Shown piece by piece: positions 19,497-32,546 of a DNA stretch of 64,000 bases (position 1 is its first letter; each line of letters starts with the position of its first letter). Location: contig JBGAGQ010000018.1 in assembly GCA_044226625.1 (NCBI GenBank), forward strand, positions 1-64,000, written 5' to 3'. Source of the DNA: Thermoanaerobaculia bacterium (GTDB taxonomy: Bacteria; Acidobacteriota; Thermoanaerobaculia; Multivoradales; UBA5704). The notes beneath the pieces were generated by a model. The model had not been told where the DNA came from. It worked only from the letters and a program-made list of their open reading frames with translations, and did no database searches. Made by a program: the position numbers and the translations under genes.

Positions 19497-20153
19497 TCAG
19501 GCGCTCGGAGGGCTCGTCGGCGGAGGGGTAGCCGGCGGGGGGCTCGCGGGGGGGGGAGTTTCCGGCTCGTCGCTCTTGGCCGGGAGGACGCGGATGGCCA
19601 CCTTGGACTTGTCCTTGTCTTCGCGGTACTCGACGGTGACCCGAAGACCGGCCACGAGGGGTTTGACCAGGTATTCGGTCGAGGGCAGAAGGAAGAAGGT
19701 GACGTCCCCGTCGGGCGTGTGCAGGACGAGCGTCGCGTCGCTCGCCGAGACGATCTCGCCCGTCGCCATGTAGGTCTGGACCATCGGGGCGGGAACCGGC
19801 TCAGCGGCGGGCGCTTGGCCGGCGGCGTAGATCTTTTCGGCCAGGATGAAGGTGCCGATCTTCCGGTGGAACTCGACGGTGATCGCGACGCCTTTGGCGA
19901 TCTCCACGTTCTTCTCGGTCGACTCGGTGACGCCGACCTTCTGGTCCTTGCCGTCCTCGGTTCGAAGCTCGATCTCGTCGTTGACGAACCGGGTTACCGT
20001 CCCGGTGACCTTCGAGGCCGAAGCTGGCGAGGGAGCGGGTTGCGTACCGGGCGGCGCCTCTCCGCTCTGGGCGCGAGCGCCGGGCGCGGCGGCGAGACAG
20101 AAGATTGCGAGCAGAGTGGAGAGAAAGACGAGGCGAGGTTCTGGAAACTTCAT
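19497..20153 (-). CDS. Exported protein with two tandem OB-fold-like (DUF5666-like) repeats
   Basis: Signal peptide from ATG 20153; repeats VTGTVT..G.AITVEF..A.KI and ATGEIV..GLRVTVEY..A.RV; Pro-rich tail. Confidence 0.6.
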   Translation of the reverse strand: MKFPEPRLVFLSTLLAIFCLAAAPGARAQSGEAPPGTQPAPSPASASKVTGTVTRFVNDEIELRTEDGKDQKVGVTESTEKNVEIAKGVAITVEFHRKIGTFILAEKIYAAGQAPAAEPVPAPMVQTYMATGEIVSASDATLVLHTPDGDVTFFLLPSTEYLVKPLVAGLRVTVEYREDKDKSKVAIRVLPAKSDEPETPPPASPPPATPPPTSPPSA

Positions 20154-20313
20154 GGAGGCACCTCCAATCGATCGGGCGAAGGCCGGCGTCCGGCTCGAGT
20201 CGAGCATACCGCGTCGACCGGTGGACCGCTTTCGCCCCGTCGGTGGCGTCGGACCGGGCAGGCACGCGGCTCCCCGCCTTTCGGCGCCTCGCGGCCAGTA
20301 CTGAAGGACGCTA

Positions 20314-22002
20314 TCAGCGCGCGAGCGCCGATTGGACCTCTCGCCAGCTCGACGCGGCGGCCAGGGCGTTGCGCCGCGTCGGGTCCTTGGCGAGGCGGGC
20401 GATCTCGGAGAGGAGGGTGAGGCAACCTTCCGGCCGCTCCTCGGGGCAGAGCAGCAGGAACATCAACTCGACCGTCGATTCGCCCCCGGCGGGGGAGCGG
20501 AGGACGGCCAGCGCGAGCCGCGGCTCGCTGAGGCCGGGAATCCGCGCGTGGGGGACCGCGATCCCTTCTCCGAGATAGGTCGAGGCTTCTCGTTCGCGCA
20601 GCTCGAGGTGGCGGAGCACGTCGGAAGGATCCAGTCGGGTCCCGGCGAGCAGCGGTTCGAGGAGGCGTTCCATCAGCTCCCCGCGTGAAAGCGCTTCGCG
20701 CAGGAAGAACGTTCGTTCCGGCCGAAGAATCTCGGCGAGGCGGCCCACGGCGCGCCGTGGATTGGCGAGCGGCGGCGCAGCCCCAGCGGCCGCCGGCCGC
20801 TCCACCCCCTCGGCGGGCCGCTCGGCGAGATGGGCCATCTCGGCCTGCTGGGCCCATTCCGCCGGATGCGGAGACGGCGCTTCCTCCGCCGGAGCAACGG
20901 CGGGGTCGACGACCACCACGGCGAGCCCCGAGGCGCGGACGAGGAGGGTGTCGACGAGCGAAGGTCGGAGGAAGCGAAGGATGCCTTTCCTCGGCGTCGA
21001 GCGGCCGATCACGACGTGGCCGGCGCGGACTTCGCGGGCGAAGCGGAGGATCGTCTCGACCACGTCGTCGCCTCGAAACGTGAAGACGGTCGCGCCCAGC
21101 TGGCGCGCGAGCTCGAGCGTTTCGGCCAGCCGGGCTTCCGTTTCCGGCTCGAGCTGTCGCTCGGCGGAGGTGCGGACGTAGAGCGCGTACCAATTGCGGT
21201 CGAGCTTGCCCGCGAGACGAGAGGCGTAACGGAGAAGGGCGTCGGCACTCGGGCTCTTCGACGAGAGGCAGGCGACGACCTGGTCGGGCGCTTCGACGGA
21301 CGTACCCTCCGAGCGGCCTCGGCGCTCCAGCACGGACGCCGCCTCGCGAAGCGCGAGCTCGCGCAGCTGCTCGAGGGGCCGGGTACGAAAGAAGTTCTGG
21401 AGCGCGGCCGCCGCCCGTTCCGGTGGGTAGATCCGCCCCTCCTCGAGGCGTCGTCGCAGATCCTCGGCGGCGAGGTCGACGTTGACGACCTGATCGGCCT
21501 CGGCGAGCACCCAGTCGGGAATCCGTTCCTTGACCTTCACTCCCACCAGCCGCTCGACCGTGTCGTACAAGCTTTCGAGGTGCTGGATGTTGAGGGTGGT
21601 GATCACATGGATCCCCGCGGCGAGCAGGTCCTGGACGTCGAGGTAGCGCTTGGGATGAACGCTGCCCGGCGCGTTGGTGTGCGCGAGCTCGTCGACCAGC
21701 ACCACCTCGGGCTTCCGTTCGAGGATCGCGGCGAGGTCCATCTCCTGGAGCTTCACCCCACGGTAGGTGATCTCTCGCGGGGGAACGGCGTCGAGCCCGA
21801 GGACCAGTGAGGCGGTGTCGGCACGCCCATGGGTCTCGACCACGCCGATCTCGACGTCGATCCCTTGCGCTTTCAAACGGTGCCCCTCGAGCAGCATCTG
21901 GTAGGTCTTGCCGACCCCGGGGCCGTAGCCCAGGTAGACCTTGAGCCGACCGCGCCGCGCGCGGTGGATCAGCCGGAGGAAGCTCTCGGGGCTCTGGGGC
22001 AT
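20314..22002 (-). CDS. kdpD: KdpD N-terminal sensor domain + USP domain + PTS EIIA domain; no TM or kinase domain
   Basis: GRLKVYLGYGPGVGKTYQML, VETHGR, LVDELAHTN, TTLNIQHLESL; USP-like segment; C-terminal REREASTYLGEGIAVPHAR (EIIA phospho-His motif). Confidence 0.88.
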   Translation of the reverse strand: MPQSPESFLRLIHRARRGRLKVYLGYGPGVGKTYQMLLEGHRLKAQGIDVEIGVVETHGRADTASLVLGLDAVPPREITYRGVKLQEMDLAAILERKPEVVLVDELAHTNAPGSVHPKRYLDVQDLLAAGIHVITTLNIQHLESLYDTVERLVGVKVKERIPDWVLAEADQVVNVDLAAEDLRRRLEEGRIYPPERAAAALQNFFRTRPLEQLRELALREAASVLERRGRSEGTSVEAPDQVVACLSSKSPSADALLRYASRLAGKLDRNWYALYVRTSAERQLEPETEARLAETLELARQLGATVFTFRGDDVVETILRFAREVRAGHVVIGRSTPRKGILRFLRPSLVDTLLVRASGLAVVVVDPAVAPAEEAPSPHPAEWAQQAEMAHLAERPAEGVERPAAAGAAPPLANPRRAVGRLAEILRPERTFFLREALSRGELMERLLEPLLAGTRLDPSDVLRHLELREREASTYLGEGIAVPHARIPGLSEPRLALAVLRSPAGGESTVELMFLLLCPEERPEGCLTLLSEIARLAKDPTRRNALAAASSWREVQSALAR

Positions 22003-22006
22003 GGGG

Positions 22007-22606
22007 CTATTTTCGAACGTCCAAAGCGAGGTTCAACTCGAGAACGTTGACCCGCGGCTCGCCGAGCAGGCCGAAGGTACGCCCCTCGGTGTGAGCGGCG
22101 ACGATCCGGCGGACCTCGTCCTCGGAGAGTCCGCGCTCGCGCGCGACGCGCGGCAGCTGGAATTCCGCGGCCGCCGGGGTGATGTGCGGGTCCAGCCCGG
22201 AGGCCGACGCGGTGACGAGATCGACGGGCACCGCGCGATCGGCGGCGCCGTTTTCGGCTCGCGCCGCCGCGACCGCCGGGACGATCCTCTCCTCGATCAG
22301 CTTTCTGCTCGTCGGCCCGAAATTGGTGCCGGCCGAGGAGGTTCCGTCGTAACCCGCGCCCGCGGCGGACAGCCGGGAGCGGAAGTAGCCGGGCCCCGTG
22401 AAGGGTTGGCCGATCAGGCGCGAGCCGATCACCGCACCCCGTGCGTCGCGAATCAGGCTTCCCTCGGCCTGGTTCGGAAACAGCAGGCGGGCGAGGCCGG
22501 TGACGACCATGGGGTAGGCGAAACCGAGAATCGCGGTGAGCACGAGCGTCATCCGGATCGCCGGACCGAGATGCTTCCACCAGGAGGTCGAAAGGTTCTC
22601 GTTCAC
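22007..22606 (-). CDS. kdpC: K+-transporting ATPase subunit C
   Basis: [42 protein letters not shown]. Confidence 0.95.
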   Translation of the reverse strand: MNENLSTSWWKHLGPAIRMTLVLTAILGFAYPMVVTGLARLLFPNQAEGSLIRDARGAVIGSRLIGQPFTGPGYFRSRLSAAGAGYDGTSSAGTNFGPTSRKLIEERIVPAVAAARAENGAADRAVPVDLVTASASGLDPHITPAAAEFQLPRVARERGLSEDEVRRIVAAHTEGRTFGLLGEPRVNVLELNLALDVRK

Positions 22607-22616
22607 GTGAGGCTCC

Positions 22617-24755
<2,139 letters not shown>

Positions 24756-24777
24756 ATCGATCTCGGGCTCTCTTCGG

Positions 24778-26568
<1,791 letters not shown>

Positions 26569-26571
26569 GAT

Positions 26572-26661
26572 CTAGAACCTCTCCGGACGGAGCAAGGCAT
26601 ACGTCAAGTAGAGGAGGAGGCCTAGCACGATCACCGCGCCGAGCCAGAGCTCAAGGGTCAT
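26572..26661 (-). CDS. kdpF: KdpF small membrane subunit (29 aa; absent from the ORF track)
   Basis: Manual translation MTLELWLGAVIVLGLLLYLTYALLRPERF with the YLxYALxxPERF signature; SD AAAGGA. Confidence 0.9.
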   Translation of the reverse strand: MTLELWLGAVIVLGLLLYLTYALLRPERF

Positions 26662-26675
26662 AGAGACGTCCTTTC

Positions 26676-26759
26676 TCAGAGCCGGTCGGTGCCGCGGACA
26701 TAGGCGAGGCACAGGCCAAAGAAACCCAGGGTCACGACGACGAAAATCAGGTCGAGCAT
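26676..26759 (-). CDS. Small hydrophobic Kdp-associated peptide (27 aa; absent from the ORF track)
   Basis: Manual translation MLDLIFVVVTLGFFGLCLAYVRGTDRL; SD GGAGGA; directly upstream of kdpF. Confidence 0.75.
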   Translation of the reverse strand: MLDLIFVVVTLGFFGLCLAYVRGTDRL

Positions 26760-26891
26760 GGGGCGGTCCTCCGGCGGAAAGAGGTTAGAAACGCCAGGGC
26801 GGCGGTGCCCGCAATGGAACGCAAGGCGTTCATGGAGTTTCCTTTGGGAAAGCGCGGCGACGAAGGGACGCCGGCGGTGAGGTTGAGCGAC

Positions 26892-28790
26892 TCAGCCTGC
26901 GGCTGTTCCGGAAGTGGACGCCACGGGCAAGCTGAACCAGAACGTCGTCCCGGCGCCCTCTTTCGACTGGACGTGGATTTCGCCGCCGTGGGCGTGGACG
27001 ATCTCCTTGGCGATCGACAGTCCGAGGCCGGCGCCGCCGACGTCTTCGGTTCCGGGAACTTGATAGAAGCGGTCGAAAATTCGATCGAGCTGATCGGCAG
27101 GAATTCCCTTACCGGTATCGGCGACCGAGAAACGGACGTATTTCTTGTGCGCCTCGGCGCGAACGACCACGCTGCCGCCCGCAGGCGTGTGGTGAAGCGC
27201 GTTCGACAGAAGGTTCGAGAGGACCAGCCTGGCGCGCGCCGGATCGGCGAGCACCCTGGGCGCCGCAGGATCGATCTCGACCTTGAGCTCGATGCCCGCG
27301 TCCTCGAACTCGGGGCGGAATTCGTTCGTACGCGCTTCCACGAAGTCGCGGGTTGCGACCGGTTCGAGGCGTAGGAGCTGGCGGTCGGACTGAAGGCGGG
27401 ATAGCTCCAGGAGGCTCTCCACGATCTCGCGCAGGCGCTCCGCGTCGTCGCGCGCGACCATCAACAGCTCCGTCTGCTCCTTGTTGAGCTCTCCGAGCTT
27501 TTCGCCGAGCAGAACGTGGACCGCCATCTGGAGCGAGGTCAACGGCGTTCGCAGCTCATGGGAGACGGTGGACAGGAGTCCGCTCTTCATCTCGTCGACC
27601 CGGCGCAAATCGGTGACGTCCGAGAGGATCAGGGTGGTCCCTTGCAGGCGCCCCTCCGCGTCGCGGATCGCCACGGCGTGAGGCAGGAAGAAATTCTCCT
27701 TGCCCTCTTTCCAGACTTGGATCGCCGCCTCGAAACCGCGTTCGGGTGGGGTGCCGAAACGACCCGCGAGATCCGCGGCATGATCGACGGTGGCGAGCAG
27801 GGGCCTCAGCCACTGGCTATGACGTTCGGGGATCGGCGCTCCCGGCGCCAGACCGAAGTCTGAAATCGCCGTACGGTTCGCCAGCTCGATCCCGCCCTCC
27901 GGCGATAGGAGCGCCACCGCGTCGGGAAGGCTGTCGATCGCGAGCTGGGAAGTCTGTTGCGCCCGGAGGAGCTTCGCCTGATCGGAGCGGCGCAACTCGC
28001 GAAGGCTGCTCGCCATGGCGTTGAACGCCTCCGCGAGTTGCCCGAGCTCGTCGCGTGAAGGTACCGGAACCACGAGATCCAGGTGTCCGCGCTCGATCTC
28101 GCGGGCCGATTCGGTGAGCCGGCCGAGCGGACCGAGGATCGCCCGAGAAAGAAAGGCGACGAGGCCGATCGCCAGCGCCGCGCCGGCTGCGAGAAGCAGA
28201 ACCATCCGGTGACGCGCCGAGGCCGCGAGCGCGCGAGCCCGGTCGTTCGCCTCGACCATGTTCGCCTGGTTGAGCGCCAGGATCTCCTCTGCGTTCCGCT
28301 TGATCTCTTGAAACCGGGGAAGGAGCTGAGAGAAATAGGCTCGACTCCGTTCCGTCGCGGGCCGGCCGTCGTCCAACACGAGCGGCAAGGAGGAGACGTA
28401 GGTCTGGAAGAGGTCGCGGACCCGCTCCGCGCGCTCTCGCTCCCCTTCGATCGTGATGTTGCCGAGCTCGATCTTGAGTGCCGCTTCGAATCGGGGGCGC
28501 TGGAGGTCGACCAGCGCACGGCCGCGGTCGGCGTCTCCCGCCAGGGCGAACAGGGCGCCGCTGTCGATCCGCTCGAGCGCTTCGGTCATCTGCTGCGCGG
28601 CGATCACGCTCTTGTAGTTCTCGCGCAGGATGACGTCGATCGAGCCGCCGAGCCGTTCGAGCATCGAAATGCTTTGCGCGCCGACCACGAACAGAAGCGC
28701 GAGCAGCCCGCCGAAACCGAGGGCCAGCTTCCAGCGAAGGCCGAGGCCGGAACGTGGGGTCGGGGAAGAGAACGAGGTGGAGTCGGTCAT
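26892..28790 (-). CDS. Membrane sensor histidine kinase (periplasmic helical sensor-HAMP-PAS-HisKA-HATPase), KinB-like
   Basis: Two TM segments, DELGQLAEAFN, SHELRTPLT, NLLSNA, DTGKGI, GLGLSI; start reassigned to ATG 28790 with GGAG SD. Confidence 0.9.
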   Translation of the reverse strand: MTDSTSFSSPTPRSGLGLRWKLALGFGGLLALLFVVGAQSISMLERLGGSIDVILRENYKSVIAAQQMTEALERIDSGALFALAGDADRGRALVDLQRPRFEAALKIELGNITIEGERERAERVRDLFQTYVSSLPLVLDDGRPATERSRAYFSQLLPRFQEIKRNAEEILALNQANMVEANDRARALAASARHRMVLLLAAGAALAIGLVAFLSRAILGPLGRLTESAREIERGHLDLVVPVPSRDELGQLAEAFNAMASSLRELRRSDQAKLLRAQQTSQLAIDSLPDAVALLSPEGGIELANRTAISDFGLAPGAPIPERHSQWLRPLLATVDHAADLAGRFGTPPERGFEAAIQVWKEGKENFFLPHAVAIRDAEGRLQGTTLILSDVTDLRRVDEMKSGLLSTVSHELRTPLTSLQMAVHVLLGEKLGELNKEQTELLMVARDDAERLREIVESLLELSRLQSDRQLLRLEPVATRDFVEARTNEFRPEFEDAGIELKVEIDPAAPRVLADPARARLVLSNLLSNALHHTPAGGSVVVRAEAHKKYVRFSVADTGKGIPADQLDRIFDRFYQVPGTEDVGGAGLGLSIAKEIVHAHGGEIHVQSKEGAGTTFWFSLPVASTSGTAAG

Positions 28791-28839
28791 CGGAGCTCTC
28801 CAGCTCGACCGGAGCATGGTCGAGACGCTCGAGGAAGAG

Positions 28840-28855
28840 TGCACCGCGTGTGCCA
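28840..28855 (-). promoter_or_regulatory. Putative sigma54 (-24/-12) promoter upstream of the histidine kinase/kdp genes
   Basis: Minus strand reads TGGCACACGCGGTGCA = TGGCAC-N5-GTGCA, exact GG-N10-GC spacing; adjacent to a sigma54 activator gene. Confidence 0.75.
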
Positions 28856-28928
28856 TGGTGTTCCAACGACGTATCTCTCTGATTCCACATGGATCTGCTG
28901 ATCGGCCCTGGAGAATCGCGCGGATCCG

Positions 28929-28978
28929 CGTTGCGTTCTGCAACGAGCGGCCGACGTGGAATCGTGCAATCTGCAATG
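28929..28978. promoter_or_regulatory. Candidate enhancer (UAS) pair for the sigma54 activator
   Basis: Palindrome CGTTGC-GTTCT-GCAACG and a second TGCAATCTGCAA 33 bp away; both fit TGCnnTCTGCAA. Confidence 0.5.
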
Positions 28979-29006
28979 AGGCCGGGGGTCTGGTACATTC
29001 GCCGAG

Positions 29007-30365
29007 ATGCCCACCCGAGAGAGCCGACCGCTGCTCGACATCCTGATCGTCGACGACGAGCCGAACATCCGTCGTACTCTCAGTCTGCACCTTGGAGGCG
29101 CGGGACACCGGGTGCGCGCCGCGGCGAGTGTCGGGGAGGCGCTCGTGGCCGCTCGAGAGGGACGGTTCGACCTCGCGCTGGTCGACCTGCGGCTCGGATC
29201 CGAATCGGGTCTGGACCTGATACCGCGACTGCTCGCCGAGGATCCGGCGATGAAGATCCTCGCGATCACGGCTTACGCCTCGGTCGAGACCGCGATCGAG
29301 GCGATGCGGCGGGGTGCGCGAGACTACCTGCCGAAACCCTTCACGCCGGCCGAGCTCGACCTCGCGATCGCCAAGCTGGTCGACCTCTCGCGCCTGGAGC
29401 GCAAGGTGGCGGCGCTCGAAAGCGACCTCGCCGAGGCGGAGCCCGAGCTCGAGCTCGCAAGCGAAAGCCCGGCGATGCGGGCCCTGCTCGACCTCGCGCG
29501 GCGCGCGGCCGACGGCGACGCCCGCTTGTTGATCCGCGGCGAGAGCGGCACCGGCAAAGGAGTGCTCGCGCGCGCGATCCACCGCATGAGCCCGCGGCGC
29601 AACCGGCCGTTCGTGACCGTCTCCTGCCCGTCGCTCCCCGCGGAGCTGCTCGAGAGCGAGCTGTTCGGCCACGCGAAGGGCGCCTTTACCGGCGCCACCC
29701 GCGACAGCGCGGGCCGCGTGGCGCTCGCAGAGGGAGGGACGCTCCTGCTCGACGAAATCGGCGATCTGCCGCGCAACCTCCAACCGAAGCTGCTCCGCTT
29801 CGTGCAGGACCGCGAATACGAGCGAGTGGGCGACCCGGCGACCCGGCGCGCCGACGTGCGCATCCTGGCGGCCACGAACCAGGACCTCGAGACCGCGGTG
29901 GCCGAGGGACGCTTTCGCGAAGACCTGCTCTACCGGCTCGACGTCCTGACCCTCTCGATCCCGCCGCTGCGCGATCGTCGCGAGGACGTGTTGCCGCTCG
30001 CCCGCCGGTTCCTGGCCCTCTTCGGTCGCCAGTACGGTCATCCGGGAAGCGAGTTCTCTCCCGCAGCCGAGCGCACGCTTCTCGATCACGCCTGGCCGGG
30101 CAACGTGCGCGAGCTCAAGAGCGCGGTCGAACGCGCCGCGATGCTCTCGCGGGGTGGAAAGATCGGACCCGAGCTTTTGCTGCTCAAGGGGAGCCCGGCG
30201 GCACCGGCCGGCCCGAACGTCGGCGATCTCGTGCCGCTCGCGGAGATCGAGCGCGAGCACGTCGAGCGAGTCGTGGCGCGCACGGGCTCGCTCAAGGAAG
30301 CGGCGGAGGTTCTCGGCATCGATCCGGCGACGCTTTGGCGTCGGCGTAAGACCGCTGGAGGGTAG
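29007..30365 (+). CDS. Sigma54-dependent response regulator (REC-AAA+-Fis HTH), AlgB/NtrC-like
   Basis: IVDDE, LVDLRL, GESGTGK, ESELFGH, GAFTGA, FREDLLYRL, WPGNVREL, C-terminal HTH. Confidence 0.95.
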   Translation: MPTRESRPLLDILIVDDEPNIRRTLSLHLGGAGHRVRAAASVGEALVAAREGRFDLALVDLRLGSESGLDLIPRLLAEDPAMKILAITAYASVETAIEAMRRGARDYLPKPFTPAELDLAIAKLVDLSRLERKVAALESDLAEAEPELELASESPAMRALLDLARRAADGDARLLIRGESGTGKGVLARAIHRMSPRRNRPFVTVSCPSLPAELLESELFGHAKGAFTGATRDSAGRVALAEGGTLLLDEIGDLPRNLQPKLLRFVQDREYERVGDPATRRADVRILAATNQDLETAVAEGRFREDLLYRLDVLTLSIPPLRDRREDVLPLARRFLALFGRQYGHPGSEFSPAAERTLLDHAWPGNVRELKSAVERAAMLSRGGKIGPELLLLKGSPAAPAGPNVGDLVPLAEIEREHVERVVARTGSLKEAAEVLGIDPATLWRRRKTAGG

Positions 30366-30465
30366 GACCTCACAGGAACGAGAGAGCCGCCGGTGGATCG
30401 CCGACTCTCATGCTCCGCCTGGGTGCCACGGAGGGGAGGCGGGTTCCGCGTATGATCTCGGGGCG

Positions 30466-31104
30466 ATGTTGACGCTCTACTTCCTGCGCCACGGTCAGAC
30501 GGAATTCTCGCGCGACGACACCTTTTGTGGCTCCGGTCTCGATCCCGGGCTCACCCCCGAGGGGCGGGCGATGGCCGCGGCGTTCGCGGGCGATTACGGC
30601 TCGATGCCGTGGGCGGGCATCTACGCGAGCCCGCTCCGCCGGACGATCGAAACCGCGCGCGCCCTCTGTGGCGCATGGAGGGCCGGCCTCGAGGTGCGCG
30701 ACGGTCTCAAGGAGATCGGCTACGGCGCTTGGGAGGGGAGGACCCGCGCGGAGGTCGAGCGCGACCACCACGACGACTACATCCGCTGGGAGGCCGACCC
30801 CGCTTGGAACCCCCCGACCGGCGGCGAGCGGGGGATCGTCATCGCCCGCCGGGTGGCCGAGGTGATCGAGGAGATCAAAGAGCGCCACCAGGACGGGCCC
30901 GTCCTCGTCGTCTCGCACAAGGCGACGATCCGGATCGCCCTGTGCGGTCTGCTCGGAATCGACGTGGGGCGATTCCGCTATCGCCTCGCCTGCCCGGTGG
31001 GCAGCGTCTCGATCGTCGAGTTCGGCAACAACGGTCCGCTGCTGCGGTCGCTCGCTGACCGTGCGCATCTGCCCGCGGACCTTCGGGCGCTGCCGGGAAC
31101 CTGA
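30466..31104 (+). CDS. Histidine phosphatase (phosphoglycerate mutase-like)
   Basis: LRHGQT, SPLRR, EIGYGAWEG, VVSH; start at ATG 30466. Confidence 0.9.
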   Translation: MLTLYFLRHGQTEFSRDDTFCGSGLDPGLTPEGRAMAAAFAGDYGSMPWAGIYASPLRRTIETARALCGAWRAGLEVRDGLKEIGYGAWEGRTRAEVERDHHDDYIRWEADPAWNPPTGGERGIVIARRVAEVIEEIKERHQDGPVLVVSHKATIRIALCGLLGIDVGRFRYRLACPVGSVSIVEFGNNGPLLRSLADRAHLPADLRALPGT

Positions 31105-31162
31105 CCTTGCTACACTCGGATTCCGCAGCGTCCTGATCCGCTCACCCGCCCCGGAGGTCTCG

Positions 31163-32497
31163 ATGTCGAACGACCCGAACACCCAGCGCCTCGCCCTGAT
31201 CGTCGACGACGAGCCGGGGATCTTGACCACCCTTTCCGGCATCCTCGCCGACCGGGGGTACGGCACGCTCTGCACCGCGTCCGGGAACGAGGCGATCGAC
31301 CTTTATCGGGGGCATCGCCCGGACGTCGTCTTCCTCGACATCTGGCTTCCCGATCGCGACGGCCTCGAAACGCTCCAGGCTTTGCGCGCGGACGACCCCG
31401 CCGCGGCGGTGATCATGATGTCGGGGCATGGGACGACGGCGACGGCGGTCAAGGCGATCAAGATGGGGGCCTACGACTATCTCGAGAAGCCGCTGTCGCT
31501 CCGCCGCGTGGTCGAGGCGGCCGAGGGGGCGATCGACCAGAAGCTGGCGCTTGGATTCCGGGGGACGAACGGCGAAGGCGGTGAGAGCGGGGCGACCCAC
31601 GCGGCCACGGGTCCGGATCTAGAGCGCCAGATCGCGCCGCCCCCTCCTCTTTCCCTGCTCGCGCCGTCCGGCCGGCGCCAGCGGACGATCCGCCATTCGA
31701 CGGTGATCTACGGCCTGGGCCTGCACTCGGGCGCGCGCACGGGCATGGTGATCCAGCCTCTCCCGCCCGACAGCGGCATCCATTTCTACACCCTGCCCGG
31801 GGGCCAGATGATTCCGGCTCACGTCTCGCAAGTGGCCGACACCGACTACGCCACGACGATCGGTCGCGATGGCGACAGCGTCCGCACGGTCGAGCATTTT
31901 CTGTCCGCCCTGCACGCGGCGGGGATCTCGAACCTGTTGATCAAGCTCCACGGCGAGATTCCGGTGCTCGACGGCTCGTCGGTCGAGTTTTGCCGGCTGC
32001 TCCGAGAGATCGGCGTCGAAGAGCAGGACGAGGAGCAGCAGGAGCTGGTGATCGACCGCGTCTACGAAGTGGGGAGCGGAGAAAAGAAGCTCACGCTCGA
32101 GCCGTTCGACGGCTTTTCGGCCTCGTACCGCCTGCGTTACCCGGCACCCGTAGGCGAGCAGGAGCACGAGTTCGTGCTCACGAGCTTCGAGGTTTACGAG
32201 CGCGAGATCGCCCCGGCTCGGACCTTCGGTTTCATGAAGGACCTCAAGATGATGGCCGAGCTCGGGCTCGGATCGGGCGGCCGGCTCGACAACTTCATCC
32301 TGGTCGGCGAGGACGACGTGCTGAACACGGAGCTCCGCTTCCCCGACGAGTTCGCCCGCCACAAGATTCTCGACATCGTCGGCGATCTCTACCTGCTGGG
32401 CTATCCCATTCGCGGCAAGGCCACCGCGAGCCTCACCGGCCATCGCGACAACATCGCGATGCTCAAGCAGATCTGGGCCGAGGCCGGGGCGTCGTAA
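31163..32497 (+). CDS. lpxC: Receiver domain fused to UDP-3-O-acyl-GlcNAc deacetylase LpxC
   Basis: REC: IVDDE, LDIWLP, MSGHG, EKP; LpxC: QRTI..GLGLHSG, TVEHFLSAL, EIPVLDGSS, ARTFGF, RHKILDIVGDL, GH; SD GGAGG. Confidence 0.92.
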   Translation: MSNDPNTQRLALIVDDEPGILTTLSGILADRGYGTLCTASGNEAIDLYRGHRPDVVFLDIWLPDRDGLETLQALRADDPAAAVIMMSGHGTTATAVKAIKMGAYDYLEKPLSLRRVVEAAEGAIDQKLALGFRGTNGEGGESGATHAATGPDLERQIAPPPPLSLLAPSGRRQRTIRHSTVIYGLGLHSGARTGMVIQPLPPDSGIHFYTLPGGQMIPAHVSQVADTDYATTIGRDGDSVRTVEHFLSALHAAGISNLLIKLHGEIPVLDGSSVEFCRLLREIGVEEQDEEQQELVIDRVYEVGSGEKKLTLEPFDGFSASYRLRYPAPVGEQEHEFVLTSFEVYEREIAPARTFGFMKDLKMMAELGLGSGGRLDNFILVGEDDVLNTELRFPDEFARHKILDIVGDLYLLGYPIRGKATASLTGHRDNIAMLKQIWAEAGAS

Positions 32498-32546
32498 GCC
32501 TCCGGAAACCGTCGAAGAATCGAAGCGGTTCCGATCCGTCCTCTCG

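Noticed and set aside
26892-30260. 1122-aa giant histidine kinase in the ORF track
   Set aside because: The N-terminal ~490 aa is the antisense shadow of the response regulator plus the promoter region; the real kinase starts near 28790
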